Assembly: GCA_951406725.2 (NCBI GenBank)
Contig: OX597827.1
Span: forward strand, 20,150,001 to 20,214,000
Length of the DNA stretch: 64,000 bases
Source: Octopus vulgaris
Lineage: Eukaryota
Reading direction: 5' to 3'
Below, piece after piece: positions 12,140 to 24,213 of the stretch. How positions within the stretch are numbered: position 1 is the stretch's first letter; each line of letters opens with the position of its first letter. Made by a program: the position numbers and the translations under genes. The notes beneath the pieces were generated by a model. The model was not told the DNA's origin and made no database searches. It was given only the letters and a program-made list of their open reading frames with translations.

Positions 12140-13688
12140 TAGAACTGTTTTTGCTGATGTGGGTGGGTCTTCTCAAGAACTTCATATCGCCAAAAATCTT
12201 GGTCCATGGTCATTTTTTCCGTGAGGTCCAACTTCCTGAGATCAGTCCTTACCACTTCATCTCATGTCTTCCTGGGCCTCCCTCTTCCACGGGTACCATC
12301 CACTTTCAGTGATCAGCACTTTTTTATGCAGCTGTCCTCATTCATACACATCACATGTCCAAACCAATGTCATCTTCTCTTTCGCTTGCTACATTTGATT
12401 CCTCTTATACCCAACTTCTCTCTCAATACATTTGCACTTTGCTGTTCGTTTGCACATCAAATGGAGCATACTACATTCGTTTCTCTCCAGTCTATGCATG
12501 TCTTCTGCATTCAGAGCCCATGTCTCACTACCATGGAGTATAGCCGTTTGTACACAAGCATCATATAGTCTACCTTTCATTCTGAGAGAGAGTTCATATT
12601 CTAGAAACAATACTTTCAGAGCATCCTCCACCATTGCTAATTTGGTCACCTAGGTAACAGAAACTATCTTCAACCTCAAGAGAGCCTCCTGGAATTTTGG
12701 GAGAATCTAATTCCTCTGTGCTCTTAGTGCTTATTGTTCCTGCACATCTGCCACATACAAAGATGACTTTATCTGTTAATCTACCTGTGATTCCACTGCA
12801 TCTCTTCTCTTTACACTGGCTACAACAAATGGAATTTCTTCCAGCCCCTTTCCTACATACTGAGCAGGGCCATTTACCTGGTTGAGAGTTTTATCTTCTT
12901 TCTTACTAACAACCAGTTTAGTCTTTGCTAGGTTAACTTTAAGGTCCTTTGATTCCAGGTTTTGTATCCACACCTGGAATTTTACTCCAATTCTGCAATA
13001 AGAGCAAGGTCATCAGCATATAGCCAGGGCACCCAATCTTGAATTGCTCTGTTATGGCCTGGAGGACTATAATGAATAAGAGGGGGCTGAGAACTGAGCC
13101 CTGATGAACCCCTACCTGAACACTAAATTCATCACTGTATTCATGGCTAACTCTCACCTAACTGACAGCACCACTGTACATGGCTTGGACAGCTCTAACA
13201 AGCCATTCCTCTACTCCTAATTTCCTTAGAGACCACCATATAACAGAGTGGGGAACTCTGTCAAAAGCTTTCTCCAGGTTGACGAAGGCCAAGTACAATT
13301 GCTTACTTTTGGCCAAATACTTTTCCTGCAGCTGTCTCACTAGGAAGATGACATCTGTGGTACTCTTTCCAGGTACAAAACCAAACTGCATCTCATCTAG
13401 TTTAATTCTATTTCTAATCAATTGAGCTATAACCCTCTCAGCAATTTTCCTGACTTGGTCTAGCAGTTTAATACCTCTGTAGTTGTTTCTATCTAACCAT
13501 TACCCTTTCTAGCAGCTAACTCTAATGCTACTACACCAGTCGTTGGGGATGGTACCTTCCTGAAAAACCTGATTAACTATATGGGTAATTAAGCTGTATC
13601 CTACGCCACCAGCAATTTTAATCATCTCAGCAATGATTCCTGATGGCCCAGGAGCTTTCCCTGTTTTCATGTCCTTAATTGCCTTATA
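12140..13688 (-). mobile_element. Decayed RTE-clade LINE (reverse transcriptase to C-terminus), 5'-truncated
   Basis: Frameshifted motifs KTGKAPGPSG, QFGFVPGKSTTD, LAFVNLEKAFDRVP, GVHQGSVLSPLLF, LYADD (about 13008-13022), LKVNLAKTK, FCYLG, GRLYDACVQTAILHGSETW, RGRGRPRKT. Confidence 0.93.
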
Positions 13689-13698
13689 CATATATATA

Positions 13699-15362
13699 TG
13701 TCCCAAATTTAAGGCAACCTGCTTTTTCGAATTTTGCCAAAGCAAAATATTGTTATATTATGGGTTTAAGTGTTGCAGTGCAATGGTAAAGGAAACAATT
13801 ATGACACTACAACATTTATTCGATAAGACCACCTGTTTCGAATCACAGCCTTAAGTCTAGGAGTGAATGCTTCACACACAGCACGTTGTTCTTCTGGAAT
13901 CAAAGCTCATTTTGGGTGCAGTTTTGCCTTCATAGTGTCGAGTGAAGAATGAGGAGTACTGAGACCCTTGTCTCCAAAATAAACCAAACAGAAAAATCCA
14001 ATGGGTTAAGATTGGGGCTTCTTGAGGGCCATACATCATTGCTTTGGATGGAATGCTTTTCTAAATCCAATGTTGTGTCTGTTTTGAGCTGTGGGATGGT
14101 GCTGAGTCCTGTTGGAATCTCCAAGGTGTGCCTTGAAAGTGCTCATGCACCCATGGAGGCAGTTCAGCTTCCAGAATGTTGCTAATGTAATGCTGGGTGT
14201 TAATTTTAACACCTGAGGGCACAAAAATTAGGTGAGATCTTCCCGTGGCTGTCACAGTTGACCAAATCATAACTGACTGAGGACTTTGACATCAATTTAC
14301 GAGTCTACTCTCGATGGAGCCAGATATAGTCCAAAGTTGGTCATTCTGGTGGTTTACTGTCAGTTTATGTGGAGGCGCAATGGCCCAGTGTTTAGGGCAG
14401 CAGACTCACGGTCATAGGATCGCGGTTTCGATTCCCAGACCGGGCATTGTGAGTGTTTATTGAGTGAAAACACCTAAAGCTCCACGAGCCTCCGGTAGGG
14501 GATGGTGGTGATCCCTGCTGTACTCTTTCACCACAACTTTCTCTCACTCTTACTTCCTGTTTCTGTTGTACCTGTATTTCAAAGGGCCGGCCTTGTCACT
14601 CTCTGTGTCACGCTGAATATCCCCGAGAACTACGTTAAGGGTACCCGTGTCTGTGGAGTGCTCAGCCACTTACATGTTAATTTCACGAGCAGGCTGTTCC
14701 ATTGATTCGGATCAACCAGAACCCTCGTTGTCGTAACTGACGGAGTGCTTCCATTACTGTCAGTTTGATGTCAAATTTCTTTTCATCAGTGAATGCTAAG
14801 TTGGGCAGTGTGCCTTCAGCAATCTGATGCAGGATAAGATGACTTCTTTCCAGTATCATGGTCTTATAAACTTGCATCAGCTCACAACAGTGGACCATCT
14901 TGTAGGGGTGGCTTCTAAGATCCTCCTGTAGCACTTAATGCATCGATATTTGGCTTATTTTTGCAGTAGCAGCCAGTTTACTGATGGAACAATGAGGATG
15001 TTGATGTATCTTTTCTTTGGCATTTTTGATAAGCTGAGGGGTCCACACACTTTTTTTTCAGCCACGTCTAGGTTGATCAGCGGTGGAACCAGTCTCTTCA
15101 AATCTCTTGGCAATCTTCCAGACTGTTGTTTGGTTAATTTTAAACATTTTTTGCTGTGGCTGTATTACTTTTGCCTCCTTTGTGGAGGACTAGGATTGTA
15201 TTTTGATCTATAGCCATTATCTAATTTATGAATCTGGATTTATTTAGTCTGAAACAAAAAGAAGACACACTAAGTTTTTATAACGATCACATTTATCTCA
15301 TCAAATTTATTGGTAGTAACTAAAGCCAGAAACTTTGGTTGCCTTAATTTAAGGACACCCTG
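13699..15362 (-). mobile_element. Decayed Tc1/mariner-superfamily transposon, maT (DD37D)-like
   Basis: Motifs FTDEKKF, MIWSTVTATGRSHLIFVPSGVKIN, FQQDSAPSH, WPSRSPNLNPLDFSVW; TIR remnants TGTCCCAAATTTAAGGCAACC (13699-13719) and GGTTGCCTTAATTTAAGGACACCCTG (15337-15362); (TA)n flanks. Confidence 0.9.
14367..14753 (+). mobile_element. tRNA-derived SINE, family C2, inserted in the mariner transposase
   Basis: Head homologous to the 7219 copy (GGAGGCGCAATGGCCCAGTG..GGTTTCGATTCC); 13-bp TSD TTACTGTCAGTTT at 14354-14366 and 14754-14766. Confidence 0.92.
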
Positions 15363-15364
15363 TG

Positions 15365-15413
<49 letters not shown>

Positions 15414-15414
15414 T

Positions 15415-15640
15415 AAATTAGAGATAAAACCACTATTAAGCAAATATAATATACAAACTATAATTTTGTATATTATATTAATTATATTTATTTTTATGTT
15501 TTGGTTTAGGTTTTTCACTGTTTGGTTTGCCTAATAGTGGTTTTATCTCTAATTTATTTTATATTTATACTGTGAAATTTGATTTAATCCTAAATCTAAT
15601 TTTTCCCTGTAAGTTTGGATTTACTCCCTAATATTATATA
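15415..15640. repeat. AT-rich fragment with a 30-bp inverted repeat, embedded in (TA)n
   Basis: AAATTAGAGATAAAACCACTATTAAGCAAA (15415-15444) versus 15526-15555, a 29/30 inverted match. Confidence 0.75.
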
Positions 15641-16489
15641 TATATATATATATATATTGCATTAAACAAAATGGGTTGTTTTGGAGTCTTCACAAGTTTC
15701 TGAGGTGAGAGGTGGGTTTTACATATGGACTTGACAACCAGAAGAAAACAATGGCTTTGTCATGATCCTTGTGTCATTCCTTCTGCTAATTACAACAACA
15801 TCAATATTAAAACGTTATAATAGTTTATCTCAATTAGATGCTATCTAATTACTTCTACTAAAATAGAAGAGAGGCACTTAAAAACAATAGTATTTAAGAT
15901 ATTTAGTAACACCCAAAGAACAAAAGAATGGAACACTAGACATAGTCAGCGTCTGACCTCTCTTCATCCTGGCCCATTTGATTTCTATTGTCTTCCATAA
16001 TATCAAGTGATTTCAATGTTTTATTTCACCATTCAGTTTCAGGAATAAGCAACTGGTGCACTCAGACAAGAGTTTGGTGTCTAAACTTGAAATATACATA
16101 TAACCTCACATAGTGGCTCTCTCTCTCTCTCTCTCCTTCATATAAAAGTGTGTGTATGTGTGTGAACACATATGAACATGTGTGTATGTATACAGATTTA
16201 CGTGTGGAAAGAAAAATATGTATAACAGAAAAAAGAAGTTAAAAGTTGATAGAGGGGAAAAAAACATTCAGACTCGGCATATGATGCAGCTTGAGATAAA
16301 ATTTGGCAAATATTTTAAGTGTGTAAAACTATGAAGAAAAATTCATTCCATTTGTTATCTCCTGGGATGGATTCTTGTCAATAAAAAAACAAAAGTCATT
16401 CCATAATGTTAGGTCTCCATCATAATCTGATATATTATACTATATATAGAAAAAGAAAGAGAGAGAGAGAGACAAACACACACTTATAT

Positions 16490-16730
<241 letters not shown>

Positions 16731-16882
16731 GCGAAACCGGTAATTTCTTTAAAAATTTTAAGATTATGTCATTTTAAGGAAAGGAAAAAAAATTTTTCCA
16801 ATATTCTCCAGACATTTTGACACAAATATATATATTTTTTAACATTTAAGCCTTCTGTCGTTTTTTCACACTTTACTATTTT

Positions 16883-16920
<38 letters not shown>

Positions 16921-17047
16921 AGCTGAGACCCCTTCGGTCATGACTGACCATGGGGTTGCACCTAGAAAGTTACCCTCCCAGGCACAAGTCACACACATAC
17001 ACACACACATACATACATACATATATACATATGTGTGTGTGTGAAAG

Positions 17048-17250
17048 TACATGGCATTGCGGTTAGAGTGTTGCACTCATAACCGTCAGATCATGGGTTC
17101 GGTTCTTGGACCAAGCAGCATATTGTATTCTTGACCGAAAACACTTCATTTCACATCAGTCTGCAATCACTCCTACACCTGATGCGTGGTACACCATACA
17201 CCTGTTGAGGCAATGTTGACATGATGGAGGGAGTGGACTAATGCACAGTA
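17048..17250 (+). mobile_element. Degenerate tRNA-derived SINE, family E
   Basis: GGTTAGAGTGTTGCACTCA..GGGTTCGGTTCTTGGACC..AAAACACTTCATTTCAC, homologous to the reverse complements of 47900-48119 and 42360-42460. Confidence 0.7.
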
Positions 17251-17523
17251 CATATATGGGATTAGGGTGAACTGCTGACCAGAGCTTGTGGAAATAGGTC
17301 ATACTTATGTGACCTTATAGGAGGATAATTAAACTTCAACAACTTTTGAACATGTCATTGATATAGGGAGGCACTGATGAAATGAGTAAGGATGTGGTAA
17401 AAGAACCTGGTGGATGGTTGCCTGGGAAACAGTTTCCTTGTAGATCAATGATAGGAAGCTCTTCAGATGACATATGATAGGAGTTTCCCCAGTGGTGGGG
17501 ATTTTCTGGCAATAATATACTCT

Positions 17524-17933
17524 AGGCGTAGGAGTGGCTGTGTGGTAAGTAGCTTGTTTACCAACCACATGGTTCCGGGTTCAGTCCCACTGCGTGGCAC
17601 ATGGGCAAGTGTCTTCTACTTTAGCCTCGTGCTGACCAAAGCCTTGTGAGTGGATTTGGTAGACGGAAACTGAAAGAAGCCCGTCGTATATATGTATATA
17701 TATATGTGTGTGTATATGTTTGTGTGTCTGTGTTTGACCCCCAACATCGCTTGATAACCGATGCTAGTGTGTTTACGTCCCCGTAACTTAGCAGTTCAGC
17801 AAAAGAAACCGATAGAATAAGTACTAGGCTTCCAAAGAATAAGTCCTTGGGTCGATTTGCTCGACTAAAGGCGGTGCTACAGCATGGCCGCAGTCGCATG
17901 ACTGAAACAAGTAAAAGAGAGTGTAAAGAGTAA
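17524..17933 (+). mobile_element. tRNA-derived SINE, family B (CORE-like), with internal microsatellite
   Basis: GGAGTGGCTGTGTGGTAAG (A-box), GGGTTCAGTCCC (B-box), GGGCAAGTGTCTTCTACT..AGCCTC resembling the CORE/MIR segment; tail GAAACAAGTAAAAGAG. Confidence 0.9.
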
Positions 17934-17982
17934 GAGGAGTTTATTATCTCCATTGGATTCATTGGAGCAAATACGTCTGATC

Positions 17983-18230
17983 ATCATCATCATCATCATC
18001 ATCATTTAGCGCCCGTTTTCCATGCTAGCATGGGTTGGACGGTTCAACTGGGGTCTGTGAAGCCGGAAGGCTTCATCAGGCCCAGTCAGATCTGGCAGTG
18101 TTTCTACGGCTGGATGCTCTTCCTAACGCCAACCACTCCGTGAGTGTAGTGGGTGCTTTTTACGTGCCACCCGCACAGGTGCCAGACAGAGCTGGCAAAC
18201 GGCCATGAACGGATGGTGCTTTTACGTGAC
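17983..18230 (-). mobile_element. Family D retroposon
   Basis: (CAT)n followed by TTTCCATGCTAGCATGGGTTGGACGG..GCTGGATGCTCTTCCTAACGCCAACCAC. Confidence 0.88.
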
Positions 18231-18502
18231 AAAACTGCAAGAAACTGTCTTTGAGTGACAGAATGATGAAACTGTACAAGTTAGATTGAAATATAGTAAA
18301 GCTAATTTATGGGAAAGTAATAAAATCCTTGTGTATTCTTTTGCTCCGGAAGAAAGTTATGTTGTATGGTATTGCTTTGCCTATTTGTTGCCTTATTGAA
18401 TCTCACTTTATTCATGTGGCTTAGCTACACTCAAGAACCAAAAGCTCACCATTGTTTTCATAACGAAAAGAGAAGTGATTTTTATTTATCAATATAACAG
18501 GA

Positions 18503-18673
18503 GGCGCAGGAGGAGCCGCGTGGTAAGTAGCTTACTTACCAATCACATGTTTCCGGGTTCAGTCCCACTGCGTGACACCTTGGGCAAGTGTCTTCTTCTA
18601 TAGCCTCGGGCCGACCAAAGCCTTGTGAGTGGATTTGGTAGACGGAAACTGAAAGAAGCCCATCGTATATATG

Positions 18674-18748
<75 letters not shown>

Positions 18749-18965
18749 ATATGTTTGTGTGTCTGTGTTTGTACCCCCAACATCGCTTGACAACCGATGC
18801 TGGTGTGTTTACGTCCCCCGTAACTTAGCGGTTCAGCAAAAGAGACTGATAGAATAAGTACTAGGCTTCCAAGGAATAAGTCCTGGGGTCGATTCGCTCG
18901 ACTAAAGGCGGTGCTCCAGCATGGCCGCAGTCAAATGACTGAAACAAGTAAAAGAGTAAAAGAGT
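18503..18965 (+). mobile_element. SINE family B with expanded internal (TA)n
   Basis: Colinear with 17524-17933; tail GTAAAAGAGTAAAAGAG. Confidence 0.92.
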
Positions 18966-19372
18966 ATAACACTATAACCAGATACTAAAAACAAAATTGG
19001 CAAATTTGTATCAACTCCAATGCTCACATTGAAGAAAGTGCTGATCATAGGAATATTGGTTTTTGTTACTTTCACCATTTTTTAACAAACTTGTTCCATG
19101 CTAAAGCTGGACTATAACTTTATATTTCTAAGAATTTCTTAGGTTGTAAATAAAGTATACTTAGTGAGAATTAATGTTTGGTTCTTATAACTTTTGCATT
19201 TGCTGCACATTTACGTATGTATAACATTTTCTTTACTAATGCACAAGTTTATCTGCATTGTTTACTTGGCTCCTTCAAACACTTTGTTTACATATGATAG
19301 CTACAATTAACGAACATTGAAACTAGTAAAATATACTTTTGTCAACGAATATTGTCTATGAGGATGGGATGA

Positions 19373-19804
19373 GGATCTTTTCGGTTTGAACGGCAGTTTT
19401 TAACATAATTTCTAGGTAACTAAAAAATTTTAAACTTTGTTTACTGGTAGAATGTGTTTATAAAACATCATTTTCTCTTGGCTTTATTGAGAAAATTCTA
19501 TAGTTTGTAAGATATTTGTTGTTTTTTTTTCTTCAATTTCTGCAATTTCAACCAATCAATGACATCTATTGAGTTAAAAAGCATTCTGTGCCGTATGAAT
19601 ATGTCCGTCATTTAAGAAACAGATTGGGTTTATTTACATTTGTGAAGAAAAAAAGATACCCTTCCCCCATCCCACCCCTAACCCTAACTAACCCTAACCC
19701 TAAAAGAGATTGAAATGCAATAGATCGATTCTAGGGTCATAATTTTGGGTGACCATTTCATATGACACCGCTAGAAAAAACTACCGTTCAAACTGAAAAG
19801 ATCC
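19373..19804. mobile_element. MITE copy 3 (Merlin-like)
   Basis: Same TIRs and body; TSD TGGGATGA (19365-19372, 19805-19812); longest CCCTAA tract. Confidence 0.93.
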
Positions 19805-20000
19805 TGGGATGAGGGCATAGCAAGCAGAAGTTCAGAATCTGTGATTTATTAGATCAACATTAGAGGACATTGCACTTCAGATAAGGGATCTTAGGAGTTT
19901 CTTAAAACTACTCAGCAGCGAAGGCTGCAATAAAAATGGTACAATTTCTTTGTGGATTCATCAAAACACACACACACACACTCATGTATACATATAATAT

Positions 20001-20398
20001 ACTCTTTACTCTTTTATTTGTTTCAGTCATTTCACTGTGGCCATGCTGGAGCACCGCCTTTAGTCGAGCAAATCGAACCCAGGACTTATTCTTTGTAAGC
20101 CTAGTACTTATTCTATCGGTCTCTTTTGCCGAACCGCTAGGTTACGGGGACGTAAACACACCAGCATCGATGTTGGGTAGACAAACACAGACACACAAGC
20201 GTATACACACACGCACACACATATATATATATACATGTATACGACGGGCTTCTTTCAGTTTCCGTCTACCAAATCCACTCACAAGGCTTTGGTTGGCCCG
20301 AGGCTATAGTAGAAGACACTTGCCCAAGGTGCCACACAGTGGGACTGAACCCGGAACCATGTGGTTGGTAAGCAAGCTACTTACCACATAGCCACTCT
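20001..20398 (-). mobile_element. SINE family B
   Basis: Reverse complement of 18503-18965. Confidence 0.92.
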
Positions 20399-21202
20399 TA
20401 CAACAAACTATTTAAGTTTTAGGCTAGATGGAAGATACCTGATTTAGCTTAGATCAAGTTGTCAGAGGTCTTCTCTGACACTTACGTAGTTTGTTGCAAA
20501 TCAGATAATGAATATAAAACTCTCAAATGTAACGAGTACTTTATTTTGCTAAACCTATCAACAAATGAACCTCATACACACACACTTAGGATAAGTGATT
20601 AAGGTTCGTAGAGAAGCTAGAAATTAATTATTATTGACTTAGTTCTCTGTTGTTATAGCAGATCTGAAAGATTTCTATTTGAAAAACCATATTTGAAAAT
20701 AGGAGTCAGGAACTTCACTTCTGTAAATGATAAGACAATATATAAATAAAATGGGTGGTGGGGTGTCAATAACACGAGTCAAGTGTTATGTTAGGTCACT
20801 TAACATTGGGCCAAAAGTCAACAATAACAGTATTAATTCTGTTGCTATGTCCCTTTTTTTTTTTTTTTTACCTGCTTTCTTTTTCTACCTGTTCTCTTTC
20901 TTTGTACCACACAATCACCGTATTTCTCCTCAGCCTTTCAGACGAAATCTGACCAGTTGGTCGGTGAGGTAGAATCATTATTCCGTCACTCCTTATTTCG
21001 GCACACAACACAGCTCTAAAGCTGATAGATCATTGCAATTTTGCACTTGAATTAGAAGATAAAGTTCTGTTCCCCTGGTGACATATTCACTGTTATGGGA
21101 GCGGTTGATATCAATGGTTTGAAGTAGTTGCTACAGACAGCCTATCTCTAACTTCACCTCATGTCTTTCCTTTTAATGTTATAAACATTTTACATTTCAA
21201 AA

Positions 21203-21595
21203 ATCATCATCATCATCATCATTGTTTAACGTCCGCTTTCCATGCTAGCATGTGTCGGACGATTTTGACTGAGGACTGGTGAACCAGATGGCTGCACCAG
21301 GTTCCAATCTTGATCTGGCAGAGTTTCTACAGCTGGATGCCCTTCCTAACGCCAACCACTCCGAGAGTGTAGTGGGTGCTTTTACATGCCACTGGAACGA
21401 GGGCCAGTCAGGCGGTACTGGCAATGGCCACACCCAAATGGTGTTTCTTTACGTGCCACCTGCACACCAGCACAAGTGCCAGTAAGGCGACGCTGGTAAC
21501 GATCACACTCGAATTGTGCTTTTTACTTGCCACTGGCACTGATGCCAGTTAGCTGCTCTGGCAACAATCACGCTCGGATGGTGCTCTTAGCGCCA
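21203..21595 (-). mobile_element. Family D retroposon with internal tandem sub-repeats
   Basis: (CAT)n start and family D core, then about 3 imperfect repeats of GTGCTTTTTAC.TGCCAC...GGCAACGATCACGCTCGGATGGTG. Confidence 0.88.
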
Positions 21596-21769
21596 AAACG
21601 TTCAAGTGGATATGATATTGCACTGCTCCTTCAAGAAGTGATTCTTAACACCAGCAGACAGCCATACATTTTGTATAAGGAATTGATTTGATCACTTTCA
21701 TTGGTTCTTATTCAATGGTTAGGATTTCATGACTACAGGTGTGTCATTATATTTCTGGACCGTTTTCGT

Positions 21770-22180
21770 TTTTCAATTCATTTCAATTCAATTTTAATTG
21801 GCTCAAAAAGCAAAAGCAAGGCCATGTAGGGGGACAGGAAGTTATGTACAGGGAGGGTGGTCTCTCTAACACCATTTCCGGTCAAGAGAGACTTTGAACC
21901 GAGCGGTCGTCGGCATCTTCACTATCTCGTCCGGCAGCTTATTCCACAGATCCGCAACCCAGACGGAGAAAGCCTCTCTCCTTCGATTGAGATGAAATCG
22001 TTGTAGATAGAGCTTTTCGGAGTGACCCCGCAGCCCACGCTCTGGAGCAGGAGTGAAGAACAGCTCTTTCGAGAGGTTACACTTTCTGCTTATGATGTTG
22101 TGAGCGAGAATGAGATCACGGCGGCGGCGTTTTTCGAGAGAATAAAGGTCGAGCGTCCTCAGCCTTTCTTCATAAGACAA
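21770..22180 (-). mobile_element. CR1-clade LINE 3' end
   Basis: MSYEERLRTLDLYSLEKRRRRDLI..FFTPAPERGLRGHSEKL..RREAFSVWVADLWNKLP..FKVSLD matches the canonical CR1 ORF2 C-terminus; TTGAA-type tail. Confidence 0.9.
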
Positions 22181-22610
22181 TGAGTTAAGCCATGAGCAAA
22201 CATGGCCTTAGAACGAATGACTTGTGGTATTTTTCCTACCCTCCATATGCCGCCAAGATCAACTTTGCCTTTCGTCTTTTGGAGTTGATTAAAAATAGTA
22301 TTAATCGTTGCAGCAGCTAAGAGTGAGAACTAATGAAAGAAATTCCTGAGCAACAACGTGTACAACATTACATTTGGGGCTGATGGTGGGTGGCTGATTG
22401 GTGATGGGGAATCTGGAAATTCATTGAATATTTTTTTTCACTTGTAATAAAGTCATATATTGGCAGAAGTCACAGATTAACTTGATTTTGGTGCTACAAA
22501 CACCAGGTTTATAGTACTAAAACAGCTTGCTATACAGAGTTGTTTCCACATTGTAGTATCAACTTACAGCTGAGTAAACTGAGCTAGTTTGTTAACTAGC
22601 TTAGTTAAGA

Positions 22611-22778
22611 TGGAACTGTCATCGTTTTGCTTAGGAGTATGTCATTCAAATAATTCCAGAAAATGGTCACATCTGACTGACATGTCATACTAATATGACA
22701 CCACGAGGCCAGAAGGTTGGTGACGAGATATGAACCTGCGACCTTTTGCTTCTCTGTCACTCATCGTAATGACACAAC
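22611..22778. repeat. About 168-bp local duplication, copy 1 (MITE-free)
   Basis: Matches 23631-23661 plus 24077-24213 with few substitutions. Confidence 0.92.
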
Positions 22779-23630
22779 ATCATGGCTAGAGACACACTGC
22801 AGGAAATAACCCTTTTTGCTGATTTTCCCCATGTCCTATTCATTCTCATCGATTGATAACAAAACATTTTTTAATGTTTTAGTCAGAAGAGAAGGTAATA
22901 CCTAAGACTTTTCACGGAGTCTTCAAGAATAGAGGGAAGGAGAATGGAGGGAGTATCATCCTACCAAAAAAACTGTTCCGGATACTTGCAACAGAGTGAA
23001 CTCCTCTAAAGGTGACCAAAGTAGAATGTGGTGGGGAGTAAAATTAGGATAGAGGTTAACCCAACCACTTAAGTAGGCAGCATAGTCATTATAGGCCCCA
23101 AGTAAATCAATGCCCTGGATCCTATAGTATTTATCTGTTGACAGTAATATATAGATTAGAACTGGGCACTTAGATCCTTGAAGCCTTTAGGCAACTGCCC
23201 AGTACCTTAAGTTGGCACTGATAGCAGGATTTGAACTCAGAATTCAAAAAGTCAGAACAAGTATCACAAGACATCTGGTCTAATGTTATAAGAGTTCCAC
23301 CAACAGACACCATCTTGGATTTGAACCTGAAAAGATGAAAGGTGAAGCTAACCTTGGTAGGATTTGAACTTAGAAGGCAGAGGATCAGAAAATATACTGT
23401 GCGCAAAGCTTTGGCAACTTTACCAATTCTCATTGAGAAGAAAAACGATTTTGAAGGTAAGGGTGTACAGGATAAGAACATCACTCCATTTTCTCAAAGA
23501 ACTAAGCTCACGAAACATATTTTTTTTATACACCCTTGTCTGTGCATGGGAGTGAATTTCTACTTCTGATGTCTATATACAGCTAGATAGATTGGTATTT
23601 TAGGGAGCTGAGTGTTTTGGTGATAGCATT

Positions 23631-24213
23631 TGGAACTGTCATTGTTTTGCTTAGGAGTATGGGATCTTTTCGGTTTGAACGGCAGTTTTTAAAAATAATT
23701 TCCACGTAACTAAACACTTTTAAACTTCGTATACTGGTAGAATGTGTTTATAAAACATCTTTTTCTCTTGGCTTTATTGAGAAAATTCTATAGCTTGTAA
23801 GATATTTGTTGTTTTTTTTCTTCAATTTCTGCAATTTCAACCAATCAATGACGTCTATTGAGGTAAAAAAACACATTGTGTGCCATATGAATATGTTTAA
23901 GAAACAAATTGGGTTTATTTACATTTGTGAAGAAAAAAAGATACCCTTCCCCCACCCCTAACCCCAAAACAGATTGAAATGCAATAGATCGATACTAGGG
24001 TCATAATTATGGGTGGCAATTTCATATGACACCGCTAGAAAAAACTGCCGTTCAAACCGAAAAGATCCGGAGTATGTCATTCAAATAATTCCAGAAAATG
24101 GTCACATCTGACTGACATGTCATACTAACACAACTCCACGAGGCCAGAAGGTTGGTGACGAGATATGAACCTGCGACCTTTTACTTCTCTGTCAGTCATC
24201 GTAATGACACAAC
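23631..24213. repeat. Local duplication copy 2, interrupted by MITE copy 4
   Basis: TGGAACTGTC..TTAGGAGTATG [MITE] GGAGTATGTCATTCAAATAATTCC..GACACAAC. Confidence 0.9.
23662..24068. mobile_element. MITE copy 4 (Merlin-like)
   Basis: Perfect TIRs; TSD GGAGTATG, single-copy in the paralogous empty site at about 22634-22641. Confidence 0.95.

Noticed and set aside
20850-21000. Possible exon on either strand (pyrimidine tract with CAG..GTGAGG on +; CAG|GTAAAA on -)
   Set aside because: Signals conflict between strands and there is no homology; needs transcript data
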